NCBI GenBank assembly: GCA_049324575.1
Contig: JBMONI010000002.1
Span: 92,804-156,803, forward strand
DNA length: 64,000 bases
DNA from: Candidatus Omnitrophota bacterium
GTDB lineage: Bacteria > Omnitrophota > Omnitrophia > Omnitrophales > Aquincolibacteriaceae
Direction of reading: 5' to 3'
Part shown: positions 17,889 through 27,887 of the stretch, one piece after another
Position numbering within the stretch: position 1 is the stretch's first letter
How the letters are laid out: every line of letters starts with the position of its first letter
Program-made: the position numbers and the translations under genes
Notes under the pieces: model-generated
What the model was told of the DNA's origin: nothing
Databases searched by the model: none
The model's input: only the letters and a program-made list of their open reading frames with translations

Positions 17889-18848
17889 TCAGCGGACAAG
17901 GAATCCTTGCAGCCAATTGAGGAGATAGCCGGTCAGGATGATCGCCAGCGTCGTCACCGCGAAGAAGATCCCGATCAAGGGCAGCCGCATCGCCCGGCGC
18001 AGCATGACCGCTTCCGGCAGACTCAGCGCCGCGATCGCCATCATAAAAGCCAGCGCAGTCCCCAAGGGGATCCCCTTCTGGAACAACACCACCGCGATCG
18101 GCAGTATCGCCGCGCAGCTCCCGTACATCGGGACTCCCAGGAGCACGGCGATCGGGACGGAAAAGTAACCCGTGCGGGCGATGATTGCTTGCACCGCTTC
18201 TTCGGGAACGAGATTATGGATCAGGGAACCGAGCCCTACGCCCACGAGAACCCATAACCAGATCTTGTGGACGATCGAAAAAGCCTCTTCGAGGCCAAAC
18301 CGAAGGCGGTCACGGAGACCTCGAAACCCCGGTTCCTCTTCGTCCTCTTCCGCCGATGTAAAATCGCTGACCAGATACTTCTCGACCCGGAGTCGCTGAA
18401 GCAGGGCCCCTGAGGCCACCCCGATCAGGATCCCGCTCGCGATATAGGCCAAGGTGATCTTCCATCCGAAGAATCCGAGCATCAGGACTACGAGATATTC
18501 ATTGATCAGGGGGGAGGTGATCAAAAAAGCGAAATTCACGCCAATCGGAATACCGGCCTTGAGCAGCCCGATGAAGATCGGGATCGAAGAGCAGGAACAG
18601 AACGGCGTGACCGCCCCGAACAGGGCCGCGAACCCGTAGGAGGCCGCCGCGCGTTTTGATAAAAAATCGCGGAGGCGTCGGCGGGGAAGGTACGAACGCA
18701 AAAAACCGATCGCGGTGATCATCCCCACGAGGAGCAAGAGGATCTTCACGCTATCATAAATAAAGAAATCGAGAACCGCTCCCCAACGTGAATCGACCGG
18801 AAGCCTGAAGATCTCTTCCGTGATCCATGCCGAGATCATCCGCAGCAT
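17889..18848 (-). CDS. arsP: ArsP-family (COG0701) permease, putative organoarsenical/metalloid efflux permease
   Basis: Polytopic membrane protein with the TPFCSCSSIPI motif characteristic of ArsP; second GSCAAILP motif. Confidence 0.7.
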   Translation of the reverse strand: MLRMISAWITEEIFRLPVDSRWGAVLDFFIYDSVKILLLLVGMITAIGFLRSYLPRRRLRDFLSKRAAASYGFAALFGAVTPFCSCSSIPIFIGLLKAGIPIGVNFAFLITSPLINEYLVVLMLGFFGWKITLAYIASGILIGVASGALLQRLRVEKYLVSDFTSAEEDEEEPGFRGLRDRLRFGLEEAFSIVHKIWLWVLVGVGLGSLIHNLVPEEAVQAIIARTGYFSVPIAVLLGVPMYGSCAAILPIAVVLFQKGIPLGTALAFMMAIAALSLPEAVMLRRAMRLPLIGIFFAVTTLAIILTGYLLNWLQGFLVR

Positions 18849-19009
18849 GAGGATCCTCCCGATCGCTCACCGGACGCTCTTTTTTGTTTTGGGCCGCAGC
18901 ACTTTTTTTCTTGGGCTTTAGCCTCAAGCTTTTGATCGAGATGGTCAAAAAAACGTTTTAAAAATCCGCTGCGGGAGGTTTTTTTATCGCCCTGTTTTGG
19001 GTTGGTCAT
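18836..19009 (-). CDS. Small 57-aa basic protein with two vicinal cysteine pairs (…KKCCGPK…SSCCG)
   Basis: ATG 19009 with GAGAGAAAGAA upstream; 4-nt overlap (ATGA) with the DUF134 stop. Its 3' end contains the GGAGGA RBS and ATG of arsP, giving a three-gene coupled unit. Confidence 0.5.
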   Translation of the reverse strand: MTNPKQGDKKTSRSGFLKRFFDHLDQKLEAKAQEKKCCGPKQKRASGERSGGSSCCG

Positions 19010-19323
19010 TTCTTTCTCTCCTTTCGCAAGGACGAAACTTCGCAACAGCCGCCCCGGATCCGGATCGCTTTCAGATTCACAAAAGCATCCGCTGTTTTCC
19101 GGTGCGCAGAGGCCAGGATCCTCGAAACGGTCGAGCGGTGGACCTTCATCTTTTTCGCGACGGCATCCTGGTCCCGGCGCTCACCGTCGCAGAGCCGGAT
19201 CGCCTCGAACTCGTCGAGAGTCAGGATGACCCCTTCGAGCTTTTTCCCTTTTTTGCAAAGAGGCCGGAAGCACCGCTCATGCGGCCGGCAGCTGATCCAA
19301 CGCGTTTTTTTAGGCCGGGACAT
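19006..19323 (-). CDS. DUF134/UPF0251 family predicted DNA-binding protein
   Basis: MSRPKKTRWISCRPHERCFRPLCKKGKKLEGVILTLDEFEAIRLCDGERRDQDAVAKKMKVHRSTVSRIL... typical DUF134; ATG 19323 with GGAGG RBS. Confidence 0.7.
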   Translation of the reverse strand: MSRPKKTRWISCRPHERCFRPLCKKGKKLEGVILTLDEFEAIRLCDGERRDQDAVAKKMKVHRSTVSRILASAHRKTADAFVNLKAIRIRGGCCEVSSLRKERKK

Positions 19324-19511
19324 AAAGCCTCCAGAGTTATGCACATATACTCATAATAATCTATCAGATTCGTCAAGCCACGTCCCTTTTTTTCAGAATC
19401 AGTCCCACTTCCCCGCTGCGGATTCATCTGGCCGAACAAGCCGATCCCCTTTATAATCATGCCCTAACTTAACCCCCCTTCCGGGGCTTTGTTCTCAAGG
19501 AGGTTTGGGCC

Positions 19512-19931
19512 ATGCTTGAAGAATTCAAAAAGTTCGCGCTGCGGGGCAACGTCGTCGATATGGCAATCGGTATCATCATCGGCGCGGCCTTCGGCAAGAT
19601 CATTAACTCGCTCGTCAACGATGTCCTGATGCCCCCGATCGGAAAGCTGCTGGGCGGGGTCGATTTCTCGAATTTGTTTTTCAACATAAGCGGAGGAACT
19701 TACGACAGTCTCGCCGCCGCTCAAGCCGCCGGCGCCGCCACGATCAATTACGGCGTTTTCATCAACACGGTCATTAACTTCGTGATCATCGCGTTCGCGA
19801 TGTTCCTGATCGTCAAAGGAATGATCTCGCTGCAAAAAAAGGAAGAGGCCGCCCCTGCGGCTCCGCCAGCGTTGACGGCGGATCAGATCCTTCTGACCGA
19901 GATCCGGGATATCCTGAAAACCCGTTCGTAA
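19512..19931 (+). CDS. mscL: Large-conductance mechanosensitive channel
   Basis: [44 protein letters not shown]... canonical MscL; RBS AAGGAGG. Confidence 0.95.
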   Translation: MLEEFKKFALRGNVVDMAIGIIIGAAFGKIINSLVNDVLMPPIGKLLGGVDFSNLFFNISGGTYDSLAAAQAAGAATINYGVFINTVINFVIIAFAMFLIVKGMISLQKKEEAAPAAPPALTADQILLTEIRDILKTRS

Positions 19932-19944
19932 TCGATTCTTCGAA

Positions 19945-19990
19945 AATAAAAAAGCCCGGGGGAAAATCCCCGGGCTTTTTCTTTTTAAAA
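19945..19990. terminator. Bidirectional rho-independent terminator (GCCCGGGGG-aaaat-CCCCGGGC, A-tract 5' and T-tract 3')
   Basis: Read directly between mscL (+) and the SulP gene (-). Confidence 0.8.
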
Positions 19991-20006
19991 GGCCCTCCGC
20001 GCTCGG

Positions 20007-21728
20007 TCAGGACTGCTCACGCTTGACCGTCGGAACGAAAGGCTCCGGTCGCGGGACTTTCGGAAGCCCCAGGATCTCCCGTGCCCGGTTCAGCGCATCG
20101 TCGATATTCCCGAAAACATGATCCTCCCCGATCTGCTCCAAAAGCCCGGACCGCTCGAGGGCAAAAAGCGGCTGGGTATGCACATCCGAGAGGATGAAAG
20201 CTGTCTTTTGTCTTTCCGACTCCCGAAAGGCCTGCCGGAGAACATGGAGCCCGGTCGCATCCATTGCCGGCACATGGCGCATCCGGACGATCCGGACCTG
20301 GGGTTTGCGGCCAAAAACACGCATCGCTTCCATGAATTTATAAGACGCCCCGAAAAAGAAAGGTCCGTTCACCTCGTAAACTTCAATACCCGCCGGGACT
20401 TCCCGCTTAACGATCGCATTCGGGTCTTCTTTTTCCTCTTCATCCCGGAACTCCCGCGTCACGACCTCGACGTTCGTCACGATCGCCATCCGGCGGATGA
20501 AAAGGAATGCCGACAAAAGCACCCCCGTCTGGATCGCTACGGTCAGGTCAACCGCAATCGTGAGAAAGAAAGTAATGAGGAGAACCGCGACATCGCTCTT
20601 CGGGCTCGTCAGCAGCATTCGAAAGGTTTTCCATTCGCTCATGTGGTAGGCGATCATCACAAGGATCGCCGCCAAACAGGCAATGGGCACAAAAGCGATC
20701 CACCGGCTCATGCACATCATGATGACAAAAAGGGTCGCGACATGCACGAGCCCGGCTACCGGAGTCCGTCCTCCGCTTTTGATGTTCGCAGCCGTCCGGG
20801 CGATCGCGCCCGTTGCCGGGATTCCACCGAAAAGCGGCGAAAGGATGTTCGCGATCCCCTGCGCGACGAGTTCCATATTCGGCCGGTGCATTCCTCCGAT
20901 CATGCCGTCAGCAACCACGGCCGACAGGAGGGACTCGATCCCCGCCAAAAGCGCGATCGTCAGCGAGACCGGGAAAAGTTCGCGCACCGTGGCCAGATCG
21001 AAATGCGGGACCCTCGGGTTCGGAAGCGTGTGGGGCACCGCGCCGTAACGGCTCCCGATCGTTTCTACCGGAAGATCCAGAAAATACGCAAGGAGAGTCC
21101 CCGCCACAAGAGCCACCAACGGGCTCGGGATGCGAAACCGTCCCATCTTTTTCGCAACCTTGTCCCAAAAAAAAATCACCCCGAGGGAAAAAACACTTAA
21201 AAAGAACGTCGACGGGTTCCAGGTGTGAAGGTTCCTGAAATAAGCGCCCCACTTCTCCCAGAAATCCGCCGGCACGGAAAGGATATGAAGTCCCAGAAAA
21301 TCTTTCACCTGGGAAGAGAAAATAATGACCGCGATCCCGCTTGTAAATCCGACAATAATCGGATACGGAATGAACTTGACCGCCGAACCAAAACCGAGGA
21401 AACCCATGATCATCAGGATCGCACCCGCCATCAGCGTCGCAATGGCCAGGCCATTCAGACCGTACCGATGGACCACGGTATACACGATCACAACAAAAGC
21501 CCCGGTCGGTCCCCCGATCTGCACCCGGCTCCCCCCGAATGCCGAAATCACGAAACCGGCCACGATCGCAGTGAAAAGGCCCCTCTCCGGAGAGACCCCG
21601 GAAGCGATCGCAAAAGCAATGGCGAGAGGAAGCGCCAGGACGCCGACCACGATCCCGGCGATCGTATCGGACTGGAACTGGGTCCACGAATAGGCTTTGA
21701 GCGTTGTCAGCAGCTTAGGTCTTAACAT
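20007..21728 (-). CDS. SulP-family anion transporter with C-terminal STAS domain
   Basis: Multi-TM SulP body plus cytoplasmic STAS-like tail; start trimmed to ATG 21728 (MLRPKLLTT...). Confidence 0.85.
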   Translation of the reverse strand: MLRPKLLTTLKAYSWTQFQSDTIAGIVVGVLALPLAIAFAIASGVSPERGLFTAIVAGFVISAFGGSRVQIGGPTGAFVVIVYTVVHRYGLNGLAIATLMAGAILMIMGFLGFGSAVKFIPYPIIVGFTSGIAVIIFSSQVKDFLGLHILSVPADFWEKWGAYFRNLHTWNPSTFFLSVFSLGVIFFWDKVAKKMGRFRIPSPLVALVAGTLLAYFLDLPVETIGSRYGAVPHTLPNPRVPHFDLATVRELFPVSLTIALLAGIESLLSAVVADGMIGGMHRPNMELVAQGIANILSPLFGGIPATGAIARTAANIKSGGRTPVAGLVHVATLFVIMMCMSRWIAFVPIACLAAILVMIAYHMSEWKTFRMLLTSPKSDVAVLLITFFLTIAVDLTVAIQTGVLLSAFLFIRRMAIVTNVEVVTREFRDEEEKEDPNAIVKREVPAGIEVYEVNGPFFFGASYKFMEAMRVFGRKPQVRIVRMRHVPAMDATGLHVLRQAFRESERQKTAFILSDVHTQPLFALERSGLLEQIGEDHVFGNIDDALNRAREILGLPKVPRPEPFVPTVKREQS

Positions 21729-21938
21729 CGTTGGGAAAGACTCCGTCCTCAGACCGGTCGGGGCAGGAAAATGAAAAAATGAAAGCGTATCTACGAAGAT
21801 AATTCCTGTCCGCGAACGCGATGATAACTTATCATAAAAAAACAACTTTTGGAAAAATGTTTTATCGTGCGGCAACTTTAAAAAGCGACGGATTGCCCTT
21901 GCCGGCTATAATAGGCTGTCGTTAGAGAACTTTTCGAA

Positions 21939-23180
21939 ATGCTAGAAAAGAGAAGGATCCAAACCTTTATGGCGCTGAAATTCCGGTCCGCCAAACCCAG
22001 GAACTGGATCATCGACTGCGCCCAATGGCTGAACGCTGTCGACCTCCTTTGGCGAAGCCGGGTGCAGCTTGGCCGTCATGACCTCGAAAACCTCGGCCGT
22101 ATCCCCCAGGATGCGGGCCTGATCATCGCGTCGAATCATGCCGACGAAATGGATATCAAGGTCTGTATGGAGATCTCCAAGCGCTCGGGCCGCCGGTTCC
22201 TTTACATGATCAATGCCGAGGCCTTCGAAGAATATCTCGGCTGGGCCGGCTGGTGGCTGCGCCGGCTGGGAGGTTTTTCGGTCGAGCGCGGCGGCACGGA
22301 CGTGCGCGCGAAAGATTACTCGGTCGATGTGGTGAAAAGCGGGCGCGATGCCTTGGTGATCTTTCCCGAAGGCGAAATCCATTATCTGAACGATGCGGTC
22401 CAGCCCTTCAAATCCGGTATCGTCCATATCGGCATGGAAGCCCTAACTGAAATGCGCCAGACCGATCCCCAGTGGCAAGTGTATATTCTTCCGGTCTCTT
22501 TGAAATATCGCTACCGCGACCCGGTGGCCCATGAGCTCGACAAGCGCATTCAAAAGATGGAACGGACACTTTTTCAAAAAATATCCCACGCGACCTTCCA
22601 GGAGCGCCTGCTCCGGCTTTGGGCTAAACGGCTCCGCCGGGAAGACCTGCTCCAGAAAAAAGACGCGACTTCAGCGTCTTTTGACGCCCTGAAAGAAGCG
22701 ATCCATCAAACACGGCGCTCGATCCTGGCGCGCATTGAATCCAAATACCCCGCCGAAGGCCTCTCCCCCCCCAAACAGCTTAAAGACCGGGCGCAGAAAC
22801 TCATCTTCCATTTGAGAGAGCGTTTGAGCCAGAAAAAATTCTTCAGCAAAGAAACCGCCAAGCTCCTGCGGGAAGATCTGGAAGAACTCAAGCGGGTCGT
22901 CCATATGGAAGGCTGGCAGCCGCGCTATGTCGATCTCCATCCTTCGGATGAGCGGCTTGCGGAATCGGTCATGAAGCTGGAACGGGAACTCTACGGGACC
23001 AAACGCCCGAAGCCGCTTGCAAACCGCATGGTCGCGGTCAGGATCGGAGAACCGATCCTTCTGGGGGATTTCGCTTCGGCCTATGCGCAGGATGCGCGCA
23101 GGACCGCTCAGGAGCTAACCGACCTGCTCCGGCAAAAGATCCAGGAACAGGTCCAGCCTTCGGCCTCGCCTTTAGCGTAA
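21939..23180 (+). CDS. PlsC-like glycerolipid acyltransferase (lysophospholipid / GPAT-like)
   Basis: [12 protein letters not shown] (HX4D), FPEGE motif; TATAAT at 21907-21912 upstream. Confidence 0.65.
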   Translation: MLEKRRIQTFMALKFRSAKPRNWIIDCAQWLNAVDLLWRSRVQLGRHDLENLGRIPQDAGLIIASNHADEMDIKVCMEISKRSGRRFLYMINAEAFEEYLGWAGWWLRRLGGFSVERGGTDVRAKDYSVDVVKSGRDALVIFPEGEIHYLNDAVQPFKSGIVHIGMEALTEMRQTDPQWQVYILPVSLKYRYRDPVAHELDKRIQKMERTLFQKISHATFQERLLRLWAKRLRREDLLQKKDATSASFDALKEAIHQTRRSILARIESKYPAEGLSPPKQLKDRAQKLIFHLRERLSQKKFFSKETAKLLREDLEELKRVVHMEGWQPRYVDLHPSDERLAESVMKLERELYGTKRPKPLANRMVAVRIGEPILLGDFASAYAQDARRTAQELTDLLRQKIQEQVQPSASPLA

Positions 23181-24230
23181 CACGGGGCTAAACCACTTTT
23201 TCTTGAGGAGAAAAGCGGCATTCACAAGGCTGATCAGCACTGGCACTTCGACCAGCGGGCCAACAACCGCTGCGAATGCCTGACCGGAATGGATCCCGAA
23301 CACTGCCACCGCAACGGCAATAGCAAGCTCGAAATTATTGCTGGCCGCAGTAAAAGAAAGCGTAGCGGATTGGCTATAAGTCGCTCCTATTCTCTTGCTC
23401 ATGAAAAACGAGATCAGGAACATCGTAACGAAATAGATGAGAAGCGGGATCGCGATCCGCACCACATCCGTCGGGATCTTCACGATATACTCCCCCTTCA
23501 TGGAGAACATCACAACGATGGTAAACAGCAAAGCGATAAGCGTGACGGGGCTGATCACGGCTATGAATTTTGTTTCATACCAGGCCTTGTCCTTGAACTT
23601 AAGCAAGATAAACCGGGTCAGGAACCCTGCGATGAACGGGATCCCGAGATAGATAAAAACACTTTCTGCGATCTGACGGATCGTAATGTCGACCACCGTC
23701 CCCTCAAGTCCAAACCAGCGTGGGAGGATCGTGATAAAAACCCAGGCGTAGAGAGAAAAGAACAATACCTGGAAGATCGAGTTGAACGCCACCAGTCCTG
23801 CGCAATACTCCGTGTCTCCTTCCGCAAGATCGTTCCAAACGATCACCATTGCGATACAGCGCGCGAGACCGATCAGGATAAGTCCGATCATATATTCCGG
23901 ATAATCCCGGAGAAAGAGGATTGCCAGTGCAAACATCAAGACAGGTCCGATCACCCAGTTCTGGATCAGGGACAGAACCAGGATTTTGACATTCTTGAAC
24001 ACATCGCCGAGCTCTTCATATTTCACTTTGGCAAGCGGCGGGTACATCATGAGGATCAGTCCGATCGCGATCGGGATATTCGTTGTACCGGCCTGGAACC
24101 TGTTCCAAAATCCGACGATGGGCGGGTAGAAATATCCTGCCGCAACACCGACCCCCATGCCAAGAAAGATCCAGAGCGTCAGAAATCGATCGAGAAAAGA
24201 AAGTCTCTTTGGCTGGTCGCAGCAGGGCAT
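23172..24230 (-). CDS. acr3: ACR3-family arsenite efflux transporter
   Basis: [36 protein letters not shown]... near-canonical ACR3 N-terminus; 10 TM; RBS GGAGGTGA. Confidence 0.9.
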   Translation of the reverse strand: MPCCDQPKRLSFLDRFLTLWIFLGMGVGVAAGYFYPPIVGFWNRFQAGTTNIPIAIGLILMMYPPLAKVKYEELGDVFKNVKILVLSLIQNWVIGPVLMFALAILFLRDYPEYMIGLILIGLARCIAMVIVWNDLAEGDTEYCAGLVAFNSIFQVLFFSLYAWVFITILPRWFGLEGTVVDITIRQIAESVFIYLGIPFIAGFLTRFILLKFKDKAWYETKFIAVISPVTLIALLFTIVVMFSMKGEYIVKIPTDVVRIAIPLLIYFVTMFLISFFMSKRIGATYSQSATLSFTAASNNFELAIAVAVAVFGIHSGQAFAAVVGPLVEVPVLISLVNAAFLLKKKWFSPVLR

Positions 24231-24386
24231 AAATCACCTCCTCTTTTTTGAGAAGCTATTCAACCGAGCCTCTTTTAAATTTTTACGGATCCCATCGCAG
24301 CCTTTCCGGAGCCCGTTCAAAACCGCCTCCGCCATCTGGGAACGGCGGGAGTTCTCAGTATAAAAGATTATTTCCCTGTTTCCTTC

Positions 24387-24725
24387 TTATTTTATATCCG
24401 CGCGGTAGAGGATCACATTCGCCTTTTCGAGCGTCACCAGCCCTTCGCGGACCATGGCGTCCAAATGCGGAAGAAAGGTCTGGATCTTTTCTTCGGTGTC
24501 TACGATCTCGATCACGATCGGAAGGTCTTCTGAAAGTCTAAGAAGTTTTGCGGTATGCATACGGCTTTTACAGCCGAACCCCATAAATCCCTTGATCGCC
24601 GTGGCACCGGCCATCCCTTCTTTCTTGGCCAGATGGATGATCGCCTCATAAAGCGGCCTGCCCTGCCACTTATCCTGCTCTCCCAGGAAGATCCGCAACA
24701 ATTTTCCGTCCGCCGGTAATTTCAT
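24387..24725 (-). CDS. DUF190 (PII-like) protein commonly co-encoded with crcB
   Basis: MKLPADGKLLRIFLGEQDKWQGRPLYEAIIHLAKKEGMAGATAIKGF...; ATG 24725; the track's 24833 GTG start overlaps crcB and is rejected. Confidence 0.8.
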   Translation of the reverse strand: MKLPADGKLLRIFLGEQDKWQGRPLYEAIIHLAKKEGMAGATAIKGFMGFGCKSRMHTAKLLRLSEDLPIVIEIVDTEEKIQTFLPHLDAMVREGLVTLEKANVILYRADIK

Positions 24726-24738
24726 CGAAGCCCTCCGA

Positions 24739-25110
24739 TCAAAGGATCTCGGCGATCCAGAGCCCCGCTCTGAAGAAGAGAAAACCCAGGGCCACACTGA
24801 CCGCCATGTTAAGGAATGCGCTGAAAGTTTCACCGCTCTTAAAAAGTTCCGCGGTTTCGAGCATCAAGGTCGAAAAAGTCGTGAAAGCCCCGCAGAACCC
24901 CGCCATCAAAAGCACCCTCGCATTCGGCCCCAGGAGGAATTTCTCCTCGGCGAGTCCCGCGAGAAAACCGACGAAAAGACAGCCGCTGACGTTGACCGCC
25001 AAGGTTCCGTAGGGAAAACGGGTCCCGAACAATCCATAAACGGCCCCGGAGAGGCCATACCGTGCCAGGGTCCCCGTGACCCCTCCCAAGATGAGACAGA
25101 TCCATTTCAT
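24739..25110 (-). CDS. crcB: Fluoride ion channel CrcB/Fluc
   Basis: MKWICLILGGVTGTLARYGLSG...GAFTTFSTL... 4-TM CrcB; RBS GAGGGGGA. Confidence 0.92.
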   Translation of the reverse strand: MKWICLILGGVTGTLARYGLSGAVYGLFGTRFPYGTLAVNVSGCLFVGFLAGLAEEKFLLGPNARVLLMAGFCGAFTTFSTLMLETAELFKSGETFSAFLNMAVSVALGFLFFRAGLWIAEIL

Positions 25111-25132
25111 GCCGCAAAATCCCCCTCAAATG

Positions 25133-25212
25133 AAAAAACTCCTGCCATTCTTTCGAATTTGCAGGAGTCATCAGCCCGAAGGCATTTAAAGGCGAACTCC
25201 ATCGCCTGGATA
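25133..25212 (-). promoter_or_regulatory. Fluoride riboswitch (crcB motif) with expression-platform intrinsic terminator; sigma-70-like -10 TATAAT at 25221-25226
   Basis: Minus-strand RNA reads CCAGGCGAUGGAGUUCGCCUUUAAAUGCCUUCGGGCUGAUGACUCCUGCAAAUUCGAAAGAAUGGCAGGAGUUUUUUCA; GGCGAUGGAGUUCGCC...CUGAUGACUCC is the conserved aptamer core, followed by a CUCCUGC/GCAGGAG + U6 terminator that competes for the aptamer 3' end. Confidence 0.88.
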
Positions 25213-25310
25213 CCGGCCGCGATTATACCCGGAATTTGCGAACTGGAAAACTTTTTTACTAGGAGAACAAGGACCCTGAGAAAGCCGAAAGCCCCGGATC
25301 TGGATTCAAA

Positions 25311-25652
25311 TCAACCGATCGCGACCTTGTTATGTTCGCCGGTGCGAATACGGATGCATTCCTCCATGTCTAAGACGAAGATCTTCCCGTCTCCCACATG
25401 ACCGGTCTTTCCCCCTTCCATGATCGCATCGATCGCCGGTTTCACGAATTCGTCGTTGACCGCGATCTCGAGCTTGGCCTTCTTGAGAAGGCTCCCCGCT
25501 TCCTTATGACTCCGGTAAACCTCGGCGATCCCTTTCTGACGGCCGCGGCCCAACACGTTGGAGACGGTCACCAGATGGATCTCATAAGCCTCGAGCCTTT
25601 CGAGAACCTGGTCCAGCCGGTCCGGCTGAACGATCGCTATGATGTATTTCAT
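25311..25652 (-). CDS. glnK: Nitrogen regulatory protein P-II
   Basis: MKYIIAIVQPDRLDQVLERLEAYEIHLVTVSNVLGRGRQKG... canonical PII T-loop region. Confidence 0.92.
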   Translation of the reverse strand: MKYIIAIVQPDRLDQVLERLEAYEIHLVTVSNVLGRGRQKGIAEVYRSHKEAGSLLKKAKLEIAVNDEFVKPAIDAIMEGGKTGHVGDGKIFVLDMEECIRIRTGEHNKVAIG

Positions 25653-25664
25653 TTTTCGCTCCTT

Positions 25665-26978
25665 TTAGTCAAGAAGGGTGTAAGCCGCTTCGCGATGCTG
25701 GGTAAGGTCCAGGCCGATCCTCTCATCCTGCTCGGAAACCCTCAGCTTCAGGACCCCGTCGACCAATTTCAAAAGGACCACTGAGACCGTAAAAGAATAA
25801 ACGATCGTGATCAGGACCGCTTTGAGCTGGACCATGAACAAGCCGGGATTCCCGTAAAAAAGACCGTCGGCCCCGGCCGGATTGACCGCCTTCGACGCCC
25901 AAAGGCCGGTCGCAAGCGCGCCCCATATTCCCCCGATCCCATGGACCCCGAAAGCGTCCAGGGAATCGTCATATCCGAATTTGGGTTTTAGGTAAGCCAC
26001 CGCAAAGAAACAAATGACGGAAACGCCAGCGCCAACCCAGATCGCGTCCATGGCGCTCACAAAACCCGAAGCCGGCGTAATGGCCACAAGTCCTGCGACG
26101 GCCCCCGTAATCATTCCGAGCATAGTCGGCCTGGAATTGATCTTCCATTCAAGCAAAGCCCACGTAAGCCCTGCACTCGCAGCCGCCACATGGGTCGCCA
26201 CAAAAGCGTTCACCGCCAGTCCGTTGGCCCCTAAAGCACTCCCGCCGTTGAAACCGAACCACCCGAACCAAAGGATCCCGGCACCCAGAACCGCCAACGG
26301 AAGATTATGCGGAGGCGACATATGGTGGGGATATCCTTTTCGCCTCCCCAGGACAAGGGCGGCCGCGAGAGCAGCGACCCCGGCATTGATATGGACCACG
26401 GTCCCGCCCGCAAAATCCAAAGCGCCGGTCTGTCTCAAGAATCCGCCAACGGCCCAAACCCAATGGCAAACGGGATTGTAGACAAAAGTCGCCCAAAGAA
26501 CCGAAAAGACGCAGAACGCCGAGAATTTCATGCGCTCCGCGAAAGCGCCGAGGATCAGGGCCGGAGTGATAATCGCGAACATGGCCTGATAGATCATGAA
26601 CGCCTGATGCGGGATGGTCGCCGAATAATCGGCGTTCGGCTCGAGTCCGACGCCCTTCAAACCGAACCAGTCCAGGCTCCCGATCCACCCCTTGATATCG
26701 GGTCCGAACGAAAGACTGTAACCAAACAGGATCCACTGCAACGTGATGATGCAAATGATCACAAAGCATTGCATCAGGACGGAAAGCATGTTCTTTTTAC
26801 GGACCAGTCCCCCATAGAAAAAAGCGAGACCCGGGGTCATGAAAAGAACAAGCGCTGCAGCCATGAGAACCCAGGCAGTATCACCGGTATCGACGGTCGG
26901 CCCTTCAGCCCAGGAGACCCCGCCGGAAATCAGGAGCAGAAGGGCACTAAGCCCAAGCATTTTGAAAAATCGCTTCAT
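25665..26978 (-). CDS. amt: Ammonium transporter
   Basis: Signal peptide, 11 TM, DFAGGTVVHI and GVHGIGGIWGAL motifs. Confidence 0.95.
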   Translation of the reverse strand: MKRFFKMLGLSALLLLISGGVSWAEGPTVDTGDTAWVLMAAALVLFMTPGLAFFYGGLVRKKNMLSVLMQCFVIICIITLQWILFGYSLSFGPDIKGWIGSLDWFGLKGVGLEPNADYSATIPHQAFMIYQAMFAIITPALILGAFAERMKFSAFCVFSVLWATFVYNPVCHWVWAVGGFLRQTGALDFAGGTVVHINAGVAALAAALVLGRRKGYPHHMSPPHNLPLAVLGAGILWFGWFGFNGGSALGANGLAVNAFVATHVAAASAGLTWALLEWKINSRPTMLGMITGAVAGLVAITPASGFVSAMDAIWVGAGVSVICFFAVAYLKPKFGYDDSLDAFGVHGIGGIWGALATGLWASKAVNPAGADGLFYGNPGLFMVQLKAVLITIVYSFTVSVVLLKLVDGVLKLRVSEQDERIGLDLTQHREAAYTLLD

Positions 26979-27100
26979 GGAAATCTCCTCAGTTTACAAA
27001 ATTGCATGGCGGTCAACATTCTTGTAGCCCAATCCCCCAAGTCCTCTAAAGCTTATTCAAAGGGATCCCCTTGGACCACGGATAGTCTATTCAATGATTT

Positions 27101-27116
27101 TGCAATATTGATGCCA
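27101..27116 (-). promoter_or_regulatory. Candidate sigma-54 promoter (TGGCAT-N5-TTGCA; GG-N10-GC) upstream of amt-glnK
   Basis: Minus-strand sequence ...TTTGGCATCAATATTGCAAAA... about 120 nt upstream of the amt ATG. Confidence 0.5.
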
Positions 27117-27144
27117 AATCGCAGAAACTGTGGAATGAGGTGGG

Positions 27145-27867
27145 TTATTTCTTAGGAGTGAAAACGTCTTTGAGGAGCTGGGTCACGCGGGCGGCGGGGT
27201 CTTTGCGGATCGCTTTTTCCTGTTCGCCGAGCATATAGAATAACCCGGCCAGGGATCGCTCGACGACGTAGTCTTCGATCCCCGGCAAAGGCAGTTGCTT
27301 GGCCACAGGAAGGACGTTGTACCGGCCTGCGATCGTCTGATAGAACCGGGAGACCTGATATTCAGCGATCGTTTTCGCAACAACCGGACGATAGAGCTTC
27401 GCAAGGTCCGCAAAGGTCTTGTTCTTGAAGTAATCGGTCGCGGCCGTATCGCCTCCCCGGTAGATCCCCATCACATCTTGGATGCTCATGCCGGAAATCG
27501 CCTGAAGGAAAATGGGTTTGGCCTGGGGCGCCGCGGCTTCGGCCGCGCGGTTCATGCTTAGGATCAGCTGATCCAATTGAGAACCAAGCCCTAACGGGCG
27601 AAGCATGGATTCGGCCTTGCGCAATCGCTCGGGAAGCAGGATTTTGATCGCTTCGTTCTTAAAATAGCCGTTTTCGCAGGCCGTAAGCGCCACGGCTTTT
27701 TCAGAACCGATCTGGAGGGCCTCTTTGAGACCGGAAAGGATCTTGGTCTGGCTGGGCTGCGCCGTCCCGCCTAGGCCGAACCGTTGGAGAAAATCTCCCC
27801 ATCCGGCGTAGGCGGGACCTGACGCAATAAAAAGAGCGAGGAATACCGCAAAAAGTCTTTTCTTCAA
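27145..27867 (-). CDS. DUF4197-like secreted protein
   Basis: Signal peptide KKRLFAVFLALFIASGPAYA; best start is TTG 27867 (GGGGA 13 nt upstream). The track's 28017 start overlaps the upstream small gene in another frame. Confidence 0.55.
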   Translation of the reverse strand: MKKRLFAVFLALFIASGPAYAGWGDFLQRFGLGGTAQPSQTKILSGLKEALQIGSEKAVALTACENGYFKNEAIKILLPERLRKAESMLRPLGLGSQLDQLILSMNRAAEAAAPQAKPIFLQAISGMSIQDVMGIYRGGDTAATDYFKNKTFADLAKLYRPVVAKTIAEYQVSRFYQTIAGRYNVLPVAKQLPLPGIEDYVVERSLAGLFYMLGEQEKAIRKDPAARVTQLLKDVFTPKK

Positions 27868-27887
27868 AAAACTCTGATATCCCCGCT

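Noticed and set aside
24726-24833. GTG start of DUF190 at 24833
   Set aside because: It overlaps crcB by about 95 nt; ATG 24725 gives the conserved MKLPADGKLL N-terminus 13 nt after the crcB stop.
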